This document shows, in pieces, positions 36,944 through 49,385 of a stretch of 64,000 bases of DNA. The stretch's first letter is position 1. Each line of letters begins with the position of its first letter. This DNA comes from Felis catus (lineage: Eukaryota). Location of the stretch: assembly GCF_018350175.1 (NCBI RefSeq), contig NC_058368.1, forward strand, positions 102,612,001 to 102,676,000, in the 5' to 3' direction. The notes below the pieces were generated by a model that saw nothing but the letters and a program-made list of their open reading frames with translations, ran no database searches and was not told the origin of the DNA. A program made the translations under genes and the position numbers.

Positions 36944-37163
36944 TTTTTTTTTTTTTTATATGTTTATTTATTTATTTTGAGAGACAGAGAGAGTGTGTGA
37001 GCAGGGGAGGGGCAGAGAGAGAGGGAGGCAGAGAATCCTAAGCAGGCTCCATGCGATCAGTGCACAGCCTGATGTGGGGCTTGATCCCACGAACCGTGAG
37101 ATCATGACCTAAGCCAAAATCAAGAGTTGGACGCTCAACTGACTGAGCCACCCAGGAGCCCCT
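36944..37163 (-). mobile_element. CanSINE
   Basis: T tail to gagccacccaggagcccc. Confidence 0.93.
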
Positions 37164-37539
37164 AAGAACTACTGATTTTGACGAGGTGAGCAAACTCCCA
37201 GGACCCCCGACTGTAGTGAGTGCACTACCTGATGCACGGGCTCAGGGACAGAGCGCAGAGGACTTGAGAATTGGAAATCCCTTACTGTATGTGCTGGTGG
37301 GGAAGAGGGGGGTTTGCACAATTGTTTAAGAGACCGGGTTAAAACCAAACAACACAACAGTCAAGCAAATGTACTGCCCGGGACTTAAGAAGAATGTCCA
37401 GCTGTGACTTCGCCAGTCATTCCACGTGACATTGTCACCCCCGCCTCCCGCCCCAGCTCCCATAGGAAAAACTGACCCTCAGAAATCTGTAAACTGTGCT
37501 TCTCTAATCTTCTGCAGGATAAAAGGCTGCCGGCCTATC

Positions 37540-38262
37540 CTGGACCCCTTCATACTTTCTTCTTCCCAATAAATTCCAGTTTTATTCAAGTATCTGAGCC
37601 CCTTGACACAGCTCCCATTCCTCAAGGGAAGCTGACCCCCACATAGCCCAGCAGAGAGCCGAGTGGCAGAGGGCTAAGTTGCCTTCTCTCCGCAGTAATG
37701 AATATGTGACCCAAATCTGCAAAGTGATGACAGACTTTCGGGAGGTGTGTGAACTATGAGAAGCCTGGTCCCCCCTCCCATCACTAAACAAGAATAAGAA
37801 CACTCCATGGCTGTGATGGCTACAGTCGCAATCCTGCGTAGGGGGCCCTAATGCCGAGCAAACACTCATTCTGCAGAGAAGGAAGACTCAAATAGCCTAT
37901 GTCTATAGGCCGACCCACCAAAGCCAGAGCCTCACTTGTACCTGGACTTCCATATAGATGAGCCAATAAATCCATTGTTTCCGCTATTTTATTTTATTAT
38001 TATTATTATTTTAATGTTTATTTACTTTTGAGACAGAGAGAGACAGAGCATGAACGGGGGAGGGGCAGAGAGAGAGGGAGACACAGAATCTGAAACAGGC
38101 TCCAGGCTCTGAGCGGTCAGCACAGAGCCCGACGCGGGGCTCGAACCCACGCACCGCGAGATCGTGACCTGAGCCGAAGTCGGCTGCTTAACCGACTGAG
38201 CCACCCAGGCGCCCCTGTTTCCGCTATTTTAAGCCAAGCTTCCTAGTACTTCGAGCTGACAT
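37540..38262 (+). mobile_element. Old MLT1 LTR remnant, interrupted by a CanSINE
   Basis: 3' part cctggacttccatatagatgagccaataaatcc...tttaagcca resembles MLT1; 5' boundary uncertain. Confidence 0.5.
37991..38215 (-). mobile_element. CanSINE
   Basis: TSD tgtttccgctatttt at 37976-37990 and 38216-38230. Confidence 0.96.
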
Positions 38263-38756
38263 CTTCCCAAGCCATCCAGCCTTTTGAAGTCGGAATCTCT
38301 CACTGGACGCCCCAAGTCACTCCCCGCCGTCAGGGGGTGTTCCCGTGTGCCTCCTCTTTCCTTGTATCGTTTTGAGCTCTATGACCCCCCCTCCCCCCCG
38401 CAGATAACTTAGTAACTACTGATTTGCCATTTTTATCATTTGTTTCTCTGTTGACGCCTGTCCCATCGCAAATTAGCGTTGAGGAACATCGAGGTGGATC
38501 TGTAAGGCACATTCTTGTTTACAGTAAGCGGTGCTTTGCCCAGTGACAAGTGGAGAGGGAGCTTCCATTCAGATGGTCCCCCAACTTCAGAAATCTAGGG
38601 GTGTCTGCCAGACGTTGCCAAAGTCCCCTCTAGCTTTTACTAAGAAAAGGACCCCTTGAATCTTAATGTCAAATGGACAAGAAAAAGATTGTTTTATAAG
38701 GGAGGTAAAAGCTCTTTCTTCTTTATCTTGGGCAAGTGACTTTATAGGAACTCAGG

Positions 38757-38809
38757 GAAGAAAGGAGAAGGAAGGAAAGAAGGAAGAAAGGAAAGAAGGA
38801 AGGAAGGAA
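38757..38809. repeat. Imperfect (GGAA)n purine tract
   Basis: Direct reading. Confidence 0.75.
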
Positions 38810-38834
38810 TCATTTTTTCCCTAATCTTCTGTCC

Positions 38835-39012
38835 CAGGGTGCTTTCATGTGTAACTTCAGTCACATCTTACAACAAGCCTGCAAGGCAGGTTATTTTTAT
38901 CTCCACTTTACATTTGGGTCAAGTGAAGCTTAGAGAAGTAATTTCCAAGGCCACTTTAGTGCAAGTCAAAGCTAGATTCATACCAAGGGCTGTATGACTC
39001 CACAGCCATATA
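38835..39012 (-). mobile_element. MIR
   Basis: acaacaagcctgcaaggcaggttatttttatctccactttaca...gaagcttagagaagtaa...ccaaggccac. Confidence 0.7.
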
Positions 39013-39042
39013 TTTTCTATACCTTCAATATTTTTATCCCTT

Positions 39043-39238
39043 GGGGCACCTGGGTGGCTCAGTCGGCTAAGCATCCGACTTCAGCTCACGTCGTGATCTC
39101 ATGGCTCGTGGGTTCGAGCCCCGTGTGGGGCTCTGTGCTGAGCCCAGAGCCTGCTTCGGATTCTGTGTCTCCCTCTCTCTCTGCCCGTCTCCTGCTCGCG
39201 CTCCGTCTCCCCAAAACGAATAAAAACGTTAAAAAAAA
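39043..39238 (+). mobile_element. CanSINE with a short internal deletion
   Basis: TSD-like aatattttt(t)atccctt. Confidence 0.92.
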
Positions 39239-40202
39239 TATTTTTTATCCCTTTATATTCCCCTGGAAAGGTTTTTGGACGTTTGCAACCCCCTCAGACT
39301 GTCTCTTTGCTGAACAAGTAGCTGGCATCACACGGCGGCCTTCTGGCGTCTGGATGTTGGGTCGTCCGTCTCTGGGTTTTCCGTGCTTCACCTCAGGCTC
39401 ACGGGAGCCGGTGGTACATTTGCCTGGTCCTCTCCCAGGTGACTGTGGAAAACTCTAGGTCACTGAACAAATGTCTGATCATGAAGCTGTGTTCCTGTCA
39501 CGTATTTCCCTGACTTGATTCCTCTACAGTACTTTTGTGGTCTGGTCTGGTCTTGTGGTCACCACATGTGACCAAATTACAGCCTGGCGACAGCCCCCAA
39601 CCTGGGCTTGTGGATCATTGAGGTTTAGTGAGTTATTCACAAATATTTACTACCCTGTCTCTCTGCGGCACGTTTTCTGCAATCTATGAAGCAATCTGTC
39701 CCAGCTCTTAGTGACCTCTGCCATAGCGCCCAGGAACATTGCATTCGTAGTGCTCTCTGACCAAGTCAAGGTTAGAGTTTGATGAGTCGCACTGAGCAGC
39801 GTGGGGCTGCTTCCTTTCCAGAGCGATCGCTCTTCATGACGTCAGGGCAGTGCAACCCAACCGGAGTGGGAATGGATGGGGGAAGATCTGGATTTGCTGA
39901 ATGGACACAAATGCTGATACGAATGTTACCAATTTTGTCCACACAGAGGTTGCTGTAGTTCAGTGATGTCAATATCAACCCTTCTGAAAATGATACTTAA
40001 AGACTAACAACCTCGCAAGACCAAGACGTGAAAACAAAGTTACCACCAGGATTCTGAGCTGCCGTAGGCAGGTGCTCATTCTCCTGATTGAAGTGACTAT
40101 ATTCTGCTTATTTTGATTCTCTCCCTCATTCCAAGGCTGCCAGTGGCTGGAGGGAAAAGGCAGAGGAAGAGCACAGATGGGCACATTTCATGGTTTGTTT
40201 CC

Positions 40203-40274
40203 TTTTTAATGTTTATTTATTATTTTGAGAGAGAAAGAGAGCACATGCGTGAGCAGGGGAAGGACAGAGAAAAA

Positions 40275-40313
<39 letters not shown>

Positions 40314-40438
40314 CCAGGCAGTCTCTGAGCTGTCAGCAGAGAGCCCAACGCGCTGCTGGATCCCACGAGCCGTGACATCATGACCTGAGCTGAAATCAAG
40401 AGTCAGATGCTTAACCAACTGAGGGACCCAGACGCGCC
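40203..40438 (-). mobile_element. CanSINE
   Basis: (GA)n; TSD-like catg(g/a)ttgtttc. Confidence 0.9.
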
Positions 40439-40449
40439 TCATGATTGTT

Positions 40450-40675
40450 TCTTACATGCCAGGAATTCTTACGTTTATGACTTCGTTGGTTCCTCACAAA
40501 AACCCTGCCGTGAAGGCAGGTGGAGATTATCATAATCCCCGTTTTTTAGAGTCAAGGTTACTGAGCTCAGATCATTTGAACAATGTTCTCTACCATCACT
40601 AACATTTGGTTAAATAGAGACTTGAACTTGGTTGGTACCAGACTCTCCACAGGCACTCTCTTATTTAAACTCTCT
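40450..40675 (-). mobile_element. MIR
   Basis: cctcacaaaaaccctg...attatcataatccccgttttttaga...actgagctcaga. Confidence 0.6.
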
Positions 40676-41344
40676 AACACTTTCAGGAGGTAGGTGCTGT
40701 CCTCGCTGGGTTCTTCTGGAGGCCAGAAGTCTACCTATTTCCCAAGAAGACTGCATTCTGAAGTTCTGGATGAACGTGACTTTCTCAGAGACCCTGCTCA
40801 CCCCGCTACGGCAATGGGCTGCTTGCGATCACACACCTGTGTGGGCTAAAGATCTAATTACAAGCTATATTTATTTGATAGTAAGTCTTGTTTATCAGAA
40901 CTTCAGAGACGAGCCTCGGGGCTTCCCAGAGTTCAGTGGTGGGCTTCACATGGGGCGCTAGGGCTCGGTATAGCAGGCAGGAAGGAAAGCTAGGGAAACG
41001 CTTCATGACAATTACTGGGGCTCCATCCAAGGGCAGCCGCCTAACAGGTGTATGCATGTAGAAATGCTAGGAGACACGGGAGCGTTTCTGGTCGAACAGC
41101 TACAGCAGAACCACGTCTTAAGAAGCTCTGTTAGGAAAAGGGGTTGATGTATAAAGAGCATGTCACATGGGACACCAAATGATGTGAAGAAGGAACGACA
41201 AAGAGGACGCCACGAAACTATGACGACAGAGAGCTTAAAGCTCGCACAGTGAAGGGAGAGGCTGCCAGGAATGTTCGGGCTTAGCAAATACATCTAAGGG
41301 CAGGAGGTTTTCAGTGAATTAAGGAAAACTGCATTCTTGGATTG

Positions 41345-41597
41345 GTTTTTAAAAATTTTTTGGAACGCAAAATGTTTTTAATGTTTTGTTTATTTTTGAG
41401 ACAGAGAGGGAGAGAGAGAGAGAGACAGAGTGTGAGCAGGGGAGGAGCAGAGAGAGAGGGAGACACAGACTCCGAAGCAGGCTCCAGGCTCCGAGCTCCC
41501 AGCACAGAGCCTGATGCAGGGCTCGAACTCATGGACTGTGAGATCATGACCTGAGCCGAAGTTGGATGCTTAACTGACTGAGCCACCCAGGTGCACC
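41345..41597 (-). mobile_element. CanSINE in the tail of the adjacent copy
   Basis: Ends gagccacccaggtgcacc. Confidence 0.93.
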
Positions 41598-41598
41598 A

Positions 41599-41822
41599 TT
41601 TTTTTTTTTTTTAAGTTTTTATTTATTTTGAGAGAGAGAGAGAGAGAGAGGAGAGAATGAGCAGGGGAGGGGCAGGGAGAGAGAGAGGGAGGGAGAGAGA
41701 GAATCCCAAGCAGACTCTGCTCGGTGCTGAGCCTGACACAGGCCTCTATCTCATGACTGTGAGATCACGACCTGAGCCGAAATCAAGAGTCTGATGCTGA
41801 ACTAAGCCACGCAGGCACGCCA
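41599..41822 (-). mobile_element. CanSINE (older)
   Basis: cattcttggat flanks the pair on both sides (about 41332 and 41824). Confidence 0.9.
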
Positions 41823-43243
41823 ACATTCTTGGATGTTTAGAGTGAGAAGGAGACCAATAACAACTAGGGAGTTACGTTTTTGGCTGTGCGTCTTTAGTTG
41901 AGATACGTCTCCCAAACTGGTCAAAATGTCGGTCACGAATCGATTGGTATTAACACACAGACGACACAGCCATGGGTGGAAAATTCCGGCCATTCTGTTA
42001 GGCGTTTTCTATCTTGTAAGTATTATCCAACTCTTGGGAAGAAAAGGTATGGTTCAGATATCAAGAGGTGAAGGGATCAGGGAGAGGTCAGGAGTGGGGG
42101 AAGGGGAGGGCATCCAGCCAGTCTAGCTAATGAGAAGCCAGGAGCTGAAATGTGATCACATGAAAATCAGCTTTACAATGGTGAATTAAGCCTAAGATCC
42201 CAAAGCGGTCTCTAGACTCTCTTACGAAACGTGTTTTTTCTTCGACTTCCTCCTGAACTTCCTTCTGCCCATATGCGCCACAGCACTGTCACTAGAGACT
42301 GCTTAAGCCCTGCATTTGGGGCACCCGTTTCTAAGCGAGTCGGTGAAATCTAAAGAAAGGAATGACTATGTGCCATGCCGTCAGCAAAAGAAAAGAGATC
42401 CCTGCCACATGTTTGCGACCAGTGAAATCAGGTTAACGAACTTCCCTAGGTTAACCAAGGAAATCCCAGATTGGATTTACGAAGTCATAAAAACGCTTTA
42501 TCCCAAAGTCCTCCAGAGACATCCACACGGGTTGTCTTTCATTAATATGCTCCTTTCACAGGGGATGTATGGCAGCTTGGGGGATGTGGCTGCTTGTGAG
42601 GCGAAGAGGGAAAACGGGTTTTTCCTCAACAACCGGGTACGCTTTCAATAATGGAGAGATCAGAGCATCAAGTAAACGTCTGATTTCACCTAAGCAGCAT
42701 CGTGCGTGAAAATTCATTTCGTCCCTTTTGTGTTTGGGCTCCAGCAGTTTGCCAGAGACTCTGGAGAGTCTCGAAACATTCTTCGTGTTTTGAGAACGGT
42801 GCTAAATTGTTTCCCTTGCAACAGATTTAACAAGTGAAAAATGGAGGGCTTTTCCTCGTTTTCAGACATAATCTTGGCAGGGTGTTTAAAAGAAAGATAA
42901 ACAAAGTGTCAGGAACACTTACAAAGGAACACTAAAGTGGAGTGGCAAGGGGAGGCAGGGAACAGAATGCATGGAGGCTGTCACACAAATGGTGGCCGCT
43001 GCTAGAGTGGCCGTGGCCGTGATGCTGAGCTTTCTCCTTTGGGACGATGGACACCGTAAGCATTTCGCACAGCCCTGGCAAGACAGGAGGAAGCTCCCCT
43101 CTTTTTCTTCTCCGCCACGCGGGGTAAGTCACAACGTCCTTCTCGGCACCACAGTCGTCCGCTTGCAGAGAGAGGTTAAGAGTCTAAGTGTGAGAATAAG
43201 TGCTTAGCTTCCTAAATTACCTTGTTTCCTGGGAGGCTTTTTC

Positions 43244-43476
43244 TTTTTTTTTTTTTTTTTTAATTTTTTTTCAATGTTTTTATTTATTTTTGGGACAGAG
43301 AGAGACAGAGCATGAACGGGGGAGGGGCAGAGAGAGAGGGAGACACGGAATCGGAAACAGGCTCCAGGCTCCGAGCCATCAGCCCAGAGCCCGACGCGGG
43401 GCTCGAACTCCCGGACCGCGAGATCGTGACCTGGCTGAAGTTGGATGCTCAACCGACTGCGCCACCCAGGCGCCCC
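43244..43476 (-). mobile_element. Young CanSINE
   Basis: 16-bp TSD cctgggaggctttttc at 43228-43243 and 43478-43493. Confidence 0.97.
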
Positions 43477-44811
43477 ACCTGGGAGGCTTTTTCGAGACCT
43501 CACAGAATCTGCATGGCTGTCCCAAACCTGCCTGTGCTCAGCGCCCACAGATGTTCTCTTTCGGCCCAGAAAAGAAGCATCTAGGAGTAAATGTTACCGT
43601 TGAATAATTAATACCATTCAAACTCTCCCTCCCTTCTGTTGAAAGTTGGTCCTTTGGCCTAACTGCTGACGTGCTGACATCCGCGAAGGCCGGCGTGCCC
43701 ATTCCCGTGTCATTGTAACATTATATTCAGGATAAAAGTGCTTCCATTTCCCAAGATGTACGGATTGTACCTTTCACGAACCGGGCCCTATGTTGGAATC
43801 TTGCTCCTACCCCTGCAGTTCGTTACATTTATATAGAAAAATTGGCTAACGGGCTCTTTCAAAGAAATTGTGCCTGTGGCTTCCCTAACATCCTCCTGAC
43901 TATTTTGCTTGTGAAATCCCTACCCTTGTCTCATCTGTGTAACAGCACACCATCACCGAACGGCGTAAGACCGTGCCTGTTTCGGAACGTAGAATTACCT
44001 CCCTTTCCCCTTAAATCATGCTACACATCTATGAGAGGTGACCTCTGGGGGAACCGGAGTGAGAGGTGTCCAGAGAGCCTCTGTATCGTCCTCCCCTCTT
44101 TTGTGGAATTCTGAAATGACGTGAACAGGACACGTCTTTGAAGAATCTGAACCATACCCGAACTAGCTTGACACGCACCCTTCCAATAAGGCGAATCTTC
44201 TGTTTTCTCTCCCCAAGCAGAAACTGAAGTAAAGCCAACCTTCTCTATACAGAAAACATTTAGATTAAAGGCTCTACCCTACTACCTACAGAAACATAAA
44301 GTAGCAGATACGTTGGTTGTATAACTAACAAGGTCACAGGCTGTTCAGCTGCTGGAGCAAACTCGATTAAGACCGTGATAATCTTTTGAAAGATTGTAAT
44401 TTATCTCCATTTGAAGGGCATTATCCTGGTTCTTCAGCTATCACTGGGAGCAAGGTTAACAAATACTCAGCGATGAATTTTTGAAAGCTGTAGTCGGATC
44501 TTGTTCTCCGAAACCCTTCTAAAGGGCTGTCAAGAGGCGGTGAAATAAAAATTGTCAAATTTGTACACAGACTTGCTTAATGGCTGTTATCTGAGAAAGT
44601 GGTTTATGATTCATACAGTCACTACCTTTACTTAAGCAATTTCTCGTTTGCTTTAGATGGAAGACAATCTGTTCCCATCGCTCACGTGGGAGAGATTACC
44701 ACAAAAGGCTCTTGTTTACTCGAAATAAGAAGCTATGAGACACGAAATCCACCCAGAGGGGATCTGTGCCTTCAAAGTAGTCTCAGACTTTCGCTAAGGG
44801 TCAGCATTCTT

Positions 44812-45026
44812 TTATTTATTTATTTATTTTTTTTTTTTTATTTTTGGGACAGAGAGAGACAGAGCATGAACGGGGGAGGGGCAGAGAGAGAGGGAGACAC
44901 AGAATCGGAAACAGGCTCCAGGCTCCGAGCCATCAGCCCAGAGCCTGACGCGGGGCTCGAACTCTCGAACCGCAAGATAGTGACCTGGCTGAAGTCGGGC
45001 GCTTAACCGACTGCACCACCCAGGCG
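44812..45026 (-). mobile_element. Young CanSINE (first 4 nt missing)
   Basis: 16-bp TSD aagggtcagcattctt at 44796-44811 and 45027-45042. Confidence 0.97.
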
Positions 45027-45653
45027 AAGGGTCAGCATTCTTGACTGTCTTCTTACTAAGCGGACTCCATTGAAATGGGGGGTTTGGGTCTATAGATAGT
45101 CTTGACCATTTCAAGTGGGTTTTGATACTAACTTTTAATGAGGAAGGAACGGGAATGATCGAGCATGTTCTATGTGCTCGGAGTTCGGCTGAGGAAAACC
45201 TTAGGTCACCCTCACTGACTTTTCCCAACAAGCACCCAAGATGCACATTGGTTACATCCTACAGATGAGCACCTCTAGCATGCAACGATCAAGTACGTGC
45301 CACGCGTCCACACAGTGAGTTACTGGGAAGCGAACCGGGGAAAGATCCACCCAAAGGTTGTATCTTTCCACTACTATGTCTGCCGGCAACTCTTCGTCAA
45401 ACGTCTGTGCATACCTTTTACCCAGTCATTTGCCCAGGTGACTGACTTTTTTTCACTTTACGCTGGGTGGGGCCACTTTCTTTGAGGTGGAACGTATCTA
45501 TGAGGTAGACCTGGAACAGACCGGGAAAAATCTCAGTAATATCCACTAACGTGGCCTCACTTCTTTTGGAGGAGGGGAGGCTGGAACGGGGCAAGTGAAG
45601 AGAAGATGAAACCGAGAGGCCATTCCCTGTGTCTCGTGTATTAAAAATTCCCA

Positions 45654-45890
45654 GGAGCACCTGGGTGGCTCAGTTGATTAAGCGTCTAACTTCGGATCAG
45701 GTCACCCTCTCACAGTTCGCGGGTTCGAGCCCCGCGTTGGGCTCTGTGCTGACAGCTCGGGGCCTGGAGCCCGTTTTCAGATTCTGTGTCTCCCTCTTTC
45801 TCTGCGCCTCCCCTGCTAGTGCTCTGTCTCTCTCTGTCTCTCTCTCTCCAAAATGAATAAACGTTTAAAACAACATTAAAAAAAAAAAAA
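45654..45890 (+). mobile_element. CanSINE
   Basis: ggagcacctgggtggctcag...A tail. Confidence 0.93.
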
Positions 45891-45910
45891 AGAATGCCAA
45901 GACCCACTAG

Positions 45911-46130
45911 TTTTCTTTTTTCTTTTTAAAGTTTATTTAACTTGAGAAACACAGAGGGAGCACGCATACGTGTGCAAGTGGGGGAAGGGCAGAGAAAGAT
46001 GGAGAGAGAATCTCCAGTAGGGTCTGTACTCTCATGGCGGAGCCTGATGTAGGTCTTGTACTCATGAGTGATGAGATCATGACCTGAGCCAAAGTTGGAC
46101 GCTTAACCGACTGAGCCACCCAGGCACCCC
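45911..46130 (-). mobile_element. CanSINE, tail-to-tail with the previous copy
   Basis: TSD acccactag(t/c)tttct. Confidence 0.92.
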
Positions 46131-46609
46131 AACCCACTAGCTTTCTAATACTACCTTATGAACTTAACTTCTTGCCACTGTTATACCGGGGGCACCGACT
46201 GGAGAACTGGAGGTCGAAGGAGCATAGTGCAAGAGAAATCCAAGTCAGCTTTTTGCAAAAAAGTCTTGTGTGTGAGCGCTTTGCTTTTCTATTTTTATTT
46301 TAGCAGTTTTTCGGTGTTTTTAGTTGCACAGAACCTACCACATGTAGGTTCTGGCCACATGATTTGGCCAAATCTTTTCCGCATAGGAAAGACACCAGGA
46401 GTGCCTTGCTTTGTTGATAGCCCTACTATAATGAAAATAATGAAGCATGGTCCAACAGGCTGAAAAAAATAGAGTATATTGAGAGACTTACACTGAACAA
46501 ATTTAATGCTTCTACTGGTAAAACATGAAACGGAGATCATATTCTTGCTGTTCATAAGATAACTGCAGGATTAAAGATATTTTCATTCATAGTAACACAG
46601 TGAAAGCTT

Positions 46610-46968
46610 AAAGGAGTGGGATGATAGGAGTCACACACACCTGAAAGCATTTGTCAAAATTTATCAAATGTACGTTTAAAACGAATGATTTTTTTTAAAA
46701 TTTTTTTTTCAATGTTTATTTATTTTTGGGACAGAGAGAGACAGAGCATGAACGGGGAAGGGGCAGAGAGAGAGGGAGACACAGAATCGGAAACAGGTTC
46801 CAGGCTCTGAGCCATCAGCCCAGAGCCTGACGCGGGGCTCGAACTCACGGACCGCGAGATCGTGACCTGGCTGAAGTCGGGCGCTTAACGGACTGTGCCA
46901 CCCAGGCGCCCCTCGAATGATTTTTTTTAATGTAAAAATTTTACCTCAATAAACTTGACTTAAAAAAA
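46610..46968 (+). mobile_element. Old L1M 3' terminal fragment, interrupted by a CanSINE
   Basis: catttgtcaaaatttatcaaatgtac...tgtaaa...tacctcaataaa. Confidence 0.6.
46698..46912 (-). mobile_element. Young CanSINE
   Basis: TSD cgaatgattttttttt; diagnostic gacctggctgaag. Confidence 0.96.
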
Positions 46969-48336
46969 GGTTACCATCTTGCCAGTATATTCCCATGAGT
47001 GTATAACCTTATCTGAAGCTATTGCTAAAAACTTATGCTTGAGTCCTTTCAAGAGCGTTCCGCCCAGGCAGGGTCTGATCGTCTACCTGGAATGCTTTGA
47101 GGTGATACTCACGTGGCTTTTTCATGATAGAAACCCAGGGCTTGGTGGAGTATCAGACACATGGCCAGGGAACATTTGTACCTGTTGATGGACAACATGA
47201 GGGTCCCTAATGGTCTACTGGGGCACAACGCCCAGGTGACCCTGTTCACTCTATATCATTCTTGTACCAAAGGTAGCCAATATGCATAGCCATATTTTAG
47301 GATCCTAAGGATCTTTATAGATATTGGTGCTACTGGCCATGCACCGGTCTGTTCTAGGACATGATCTAGATAGAATCTGCTGGGCATTTTAGATCCTCTT
47401 TCACCCAGAGGGTAGTCACCAAGATACTCTAGATGCCATCTCCTTGGTGGTAAGGAACTGGGACATAACTTCCGCCAAACACAAGAACATTGGCACCTTG
47501 AACCCATCCTGGAAAAAATGAGGAGCAAAGTCGATGTACCTGGAAAAGCATATTTGCTTCATCATTATGTTTTCTGCTTCGATAGTGATGGGTAATTACT
47601 TTGGGGATTCATTTTGCTTTGCTTGCATAGACACAATTTTAGAGTTAATTCTTTTTCCAATAGAGCTCAGATCTCAAAACAAGAAAAGCATACTATCCCT
47701 ATAGTCACTGTTTTGACAAAGTGCTATATATATAAATCTCCTTTAGACTAGAGAAGTATTTATAGTGACTCCTCCCTAATTACTCCTATTCCTAATTGTG
47801 AATTTTATTATATAAGATCCATTTGAGGAAAGAGTGGTATAGAACCAACAGACTATCACAAACACTGCGGTTGTCTTTAGCTATTTATATCTCAGTATGT
47901 AGATGGAACAATATTATAATGAAATCCTCGCACTCTAAACATAAATACACACAGGTTAAGCTACATCAGCACATTTCTCCAGGAAATTGGCTGAATTCTG
48001 TTTTCGGCAGTCAATTAAAGGGAAGACACGCAATTATGTGGGAGTACTGCTTTCCTCTATGAAATGTAGCCGATCATAAGCGTTAGCTGCCCACCAAATT
48101 TCTAAAGTCCTCCAAAGTCTCACCTTGATGGTTTTGGTACTTCATTCTGGAAAAATACGCCCTGTTCTTTTGATATATCACAGAGGTATCTGCTCTGAGT
48201 TCTTTCTCTCTCTCTCTCTGTCTCTCTCTCTGTCTCTCTTTTTTTATGTATAGGCGTGATGAGAGGGTTGGTCTGAAGCAGCTCATTCCGGAGTAATTTC
48301 TCCCCTGGGAAAAATCTGGAGGGCCTCTAGTCAGGC

Positions 48337-48755
48337 CAGCAGCTTCCCAACTGGTGGAACCGAAGGTTTCTAAGAACCGAGCGTTCAGTTTTGAGGATTT
48401 TGGTGAGCTGGCTCTTAAACACCGTCATTCTTAACAAGTGAGTCATGTAAATGTACAATTAAATATATTAAATAATCGAAGATAACGCACCACAAGTTAG
48501 CACTCGCTAATCATTTCTATGACCTATCCTTTTGCAGTTATTTACATCGATCGTGTCTGCAAGATGGAAATAGAATGACGAGCTGCTTCATCGCTCCCCC
48601 CCCCCCCCCCCCATGCTCAGTGACATCGCGCGGGGAGCTTGAAACGGGCCATTGCCGGAACTCAGCAAAGAACTCAGGGCTGCCTGCCCACTCCCTCCCC
48701 CAAACACCCGTCCTCTCTTGCCTCCAGGAGTTGTGAGGCATTCCCCAGCACATTT
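48337..48755 (+). mobile_element. MER63-like hAT (Blackjack) DNA transposon
   Basis: gattttggtgagctggctcttaaacac...tacaattaaata...gttatttacatc...atggaaata...tcagtgacatc...agcttgaaacgggccat follows the MER63 consensus order as recalled. Confidence 0.75.
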
Positions 48756-48994
48756 AACAGCTTTCTATTTGAACGTAATTGGACAACAAAACAAAACAAA
48801 GAAGATGGAAACCCCATGACTGTAACCTACACATACCATAGACATTATCATTACACAACTGTACTTACAGAAATTATCTACCCATCCCTCCAATGATTCA
48901 ATATTTACCTAGTGCTGTTATGTACAAAGCACTGTGCTAAGCATTGTTGTAATTGGAGTAAACAGACACTACACCACTCAACAAAGAAATGGTG

Positions 48995-49385
48995 AGTAAT
49001 GAAAAGAACATGTGCTTTGGATTCAAAAGGATCTGAAGTCTGAGCCCAACTATGCAGGGTGACCCTCTTCCCCGTTTTCTGGGGACTGTACTAGTTTTAG
49101 CAACCAAAGTCCTGTATCCTGGGAAGCCCTTCCATTCCCGACAAAGCAAAACAATTGGTCATGCTACAACTACAACACTTGATGATTCTGCAGACTCGGG
49201 CTAGTGTCTGTGAACCTCAGTTTTCCCATATATGAAAAGATGTGAAGATCAGTATTATTATCAGATTCAGCTGATGTGAAGATCAGTATTATAGAGCACC
49301 CTATATTAGACCGTGCCGATCTATAGAGGCACTTAGGACAATGCCTCGCAGATGCAATGTGCTCAGTGAATGAGTGTTTATTATT
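48995..49385 (+). mobile_element. MIR interrupted by MER81
   Basis: gaacatgtgctttggattca...tctgtgaacctcagttttcccatatatgaaa...gcacttaggacaatgcct. Confidence 0.7.
49055..49166. mobile_element. MER81 hAT MITE
   Basis: TIRs cagggtgacc / ggtcatgcta; internal gggactgt..gttttagca..aaagtcc; 8-bp TSD-like caactatg / caactaca. Confidence 0.8.
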
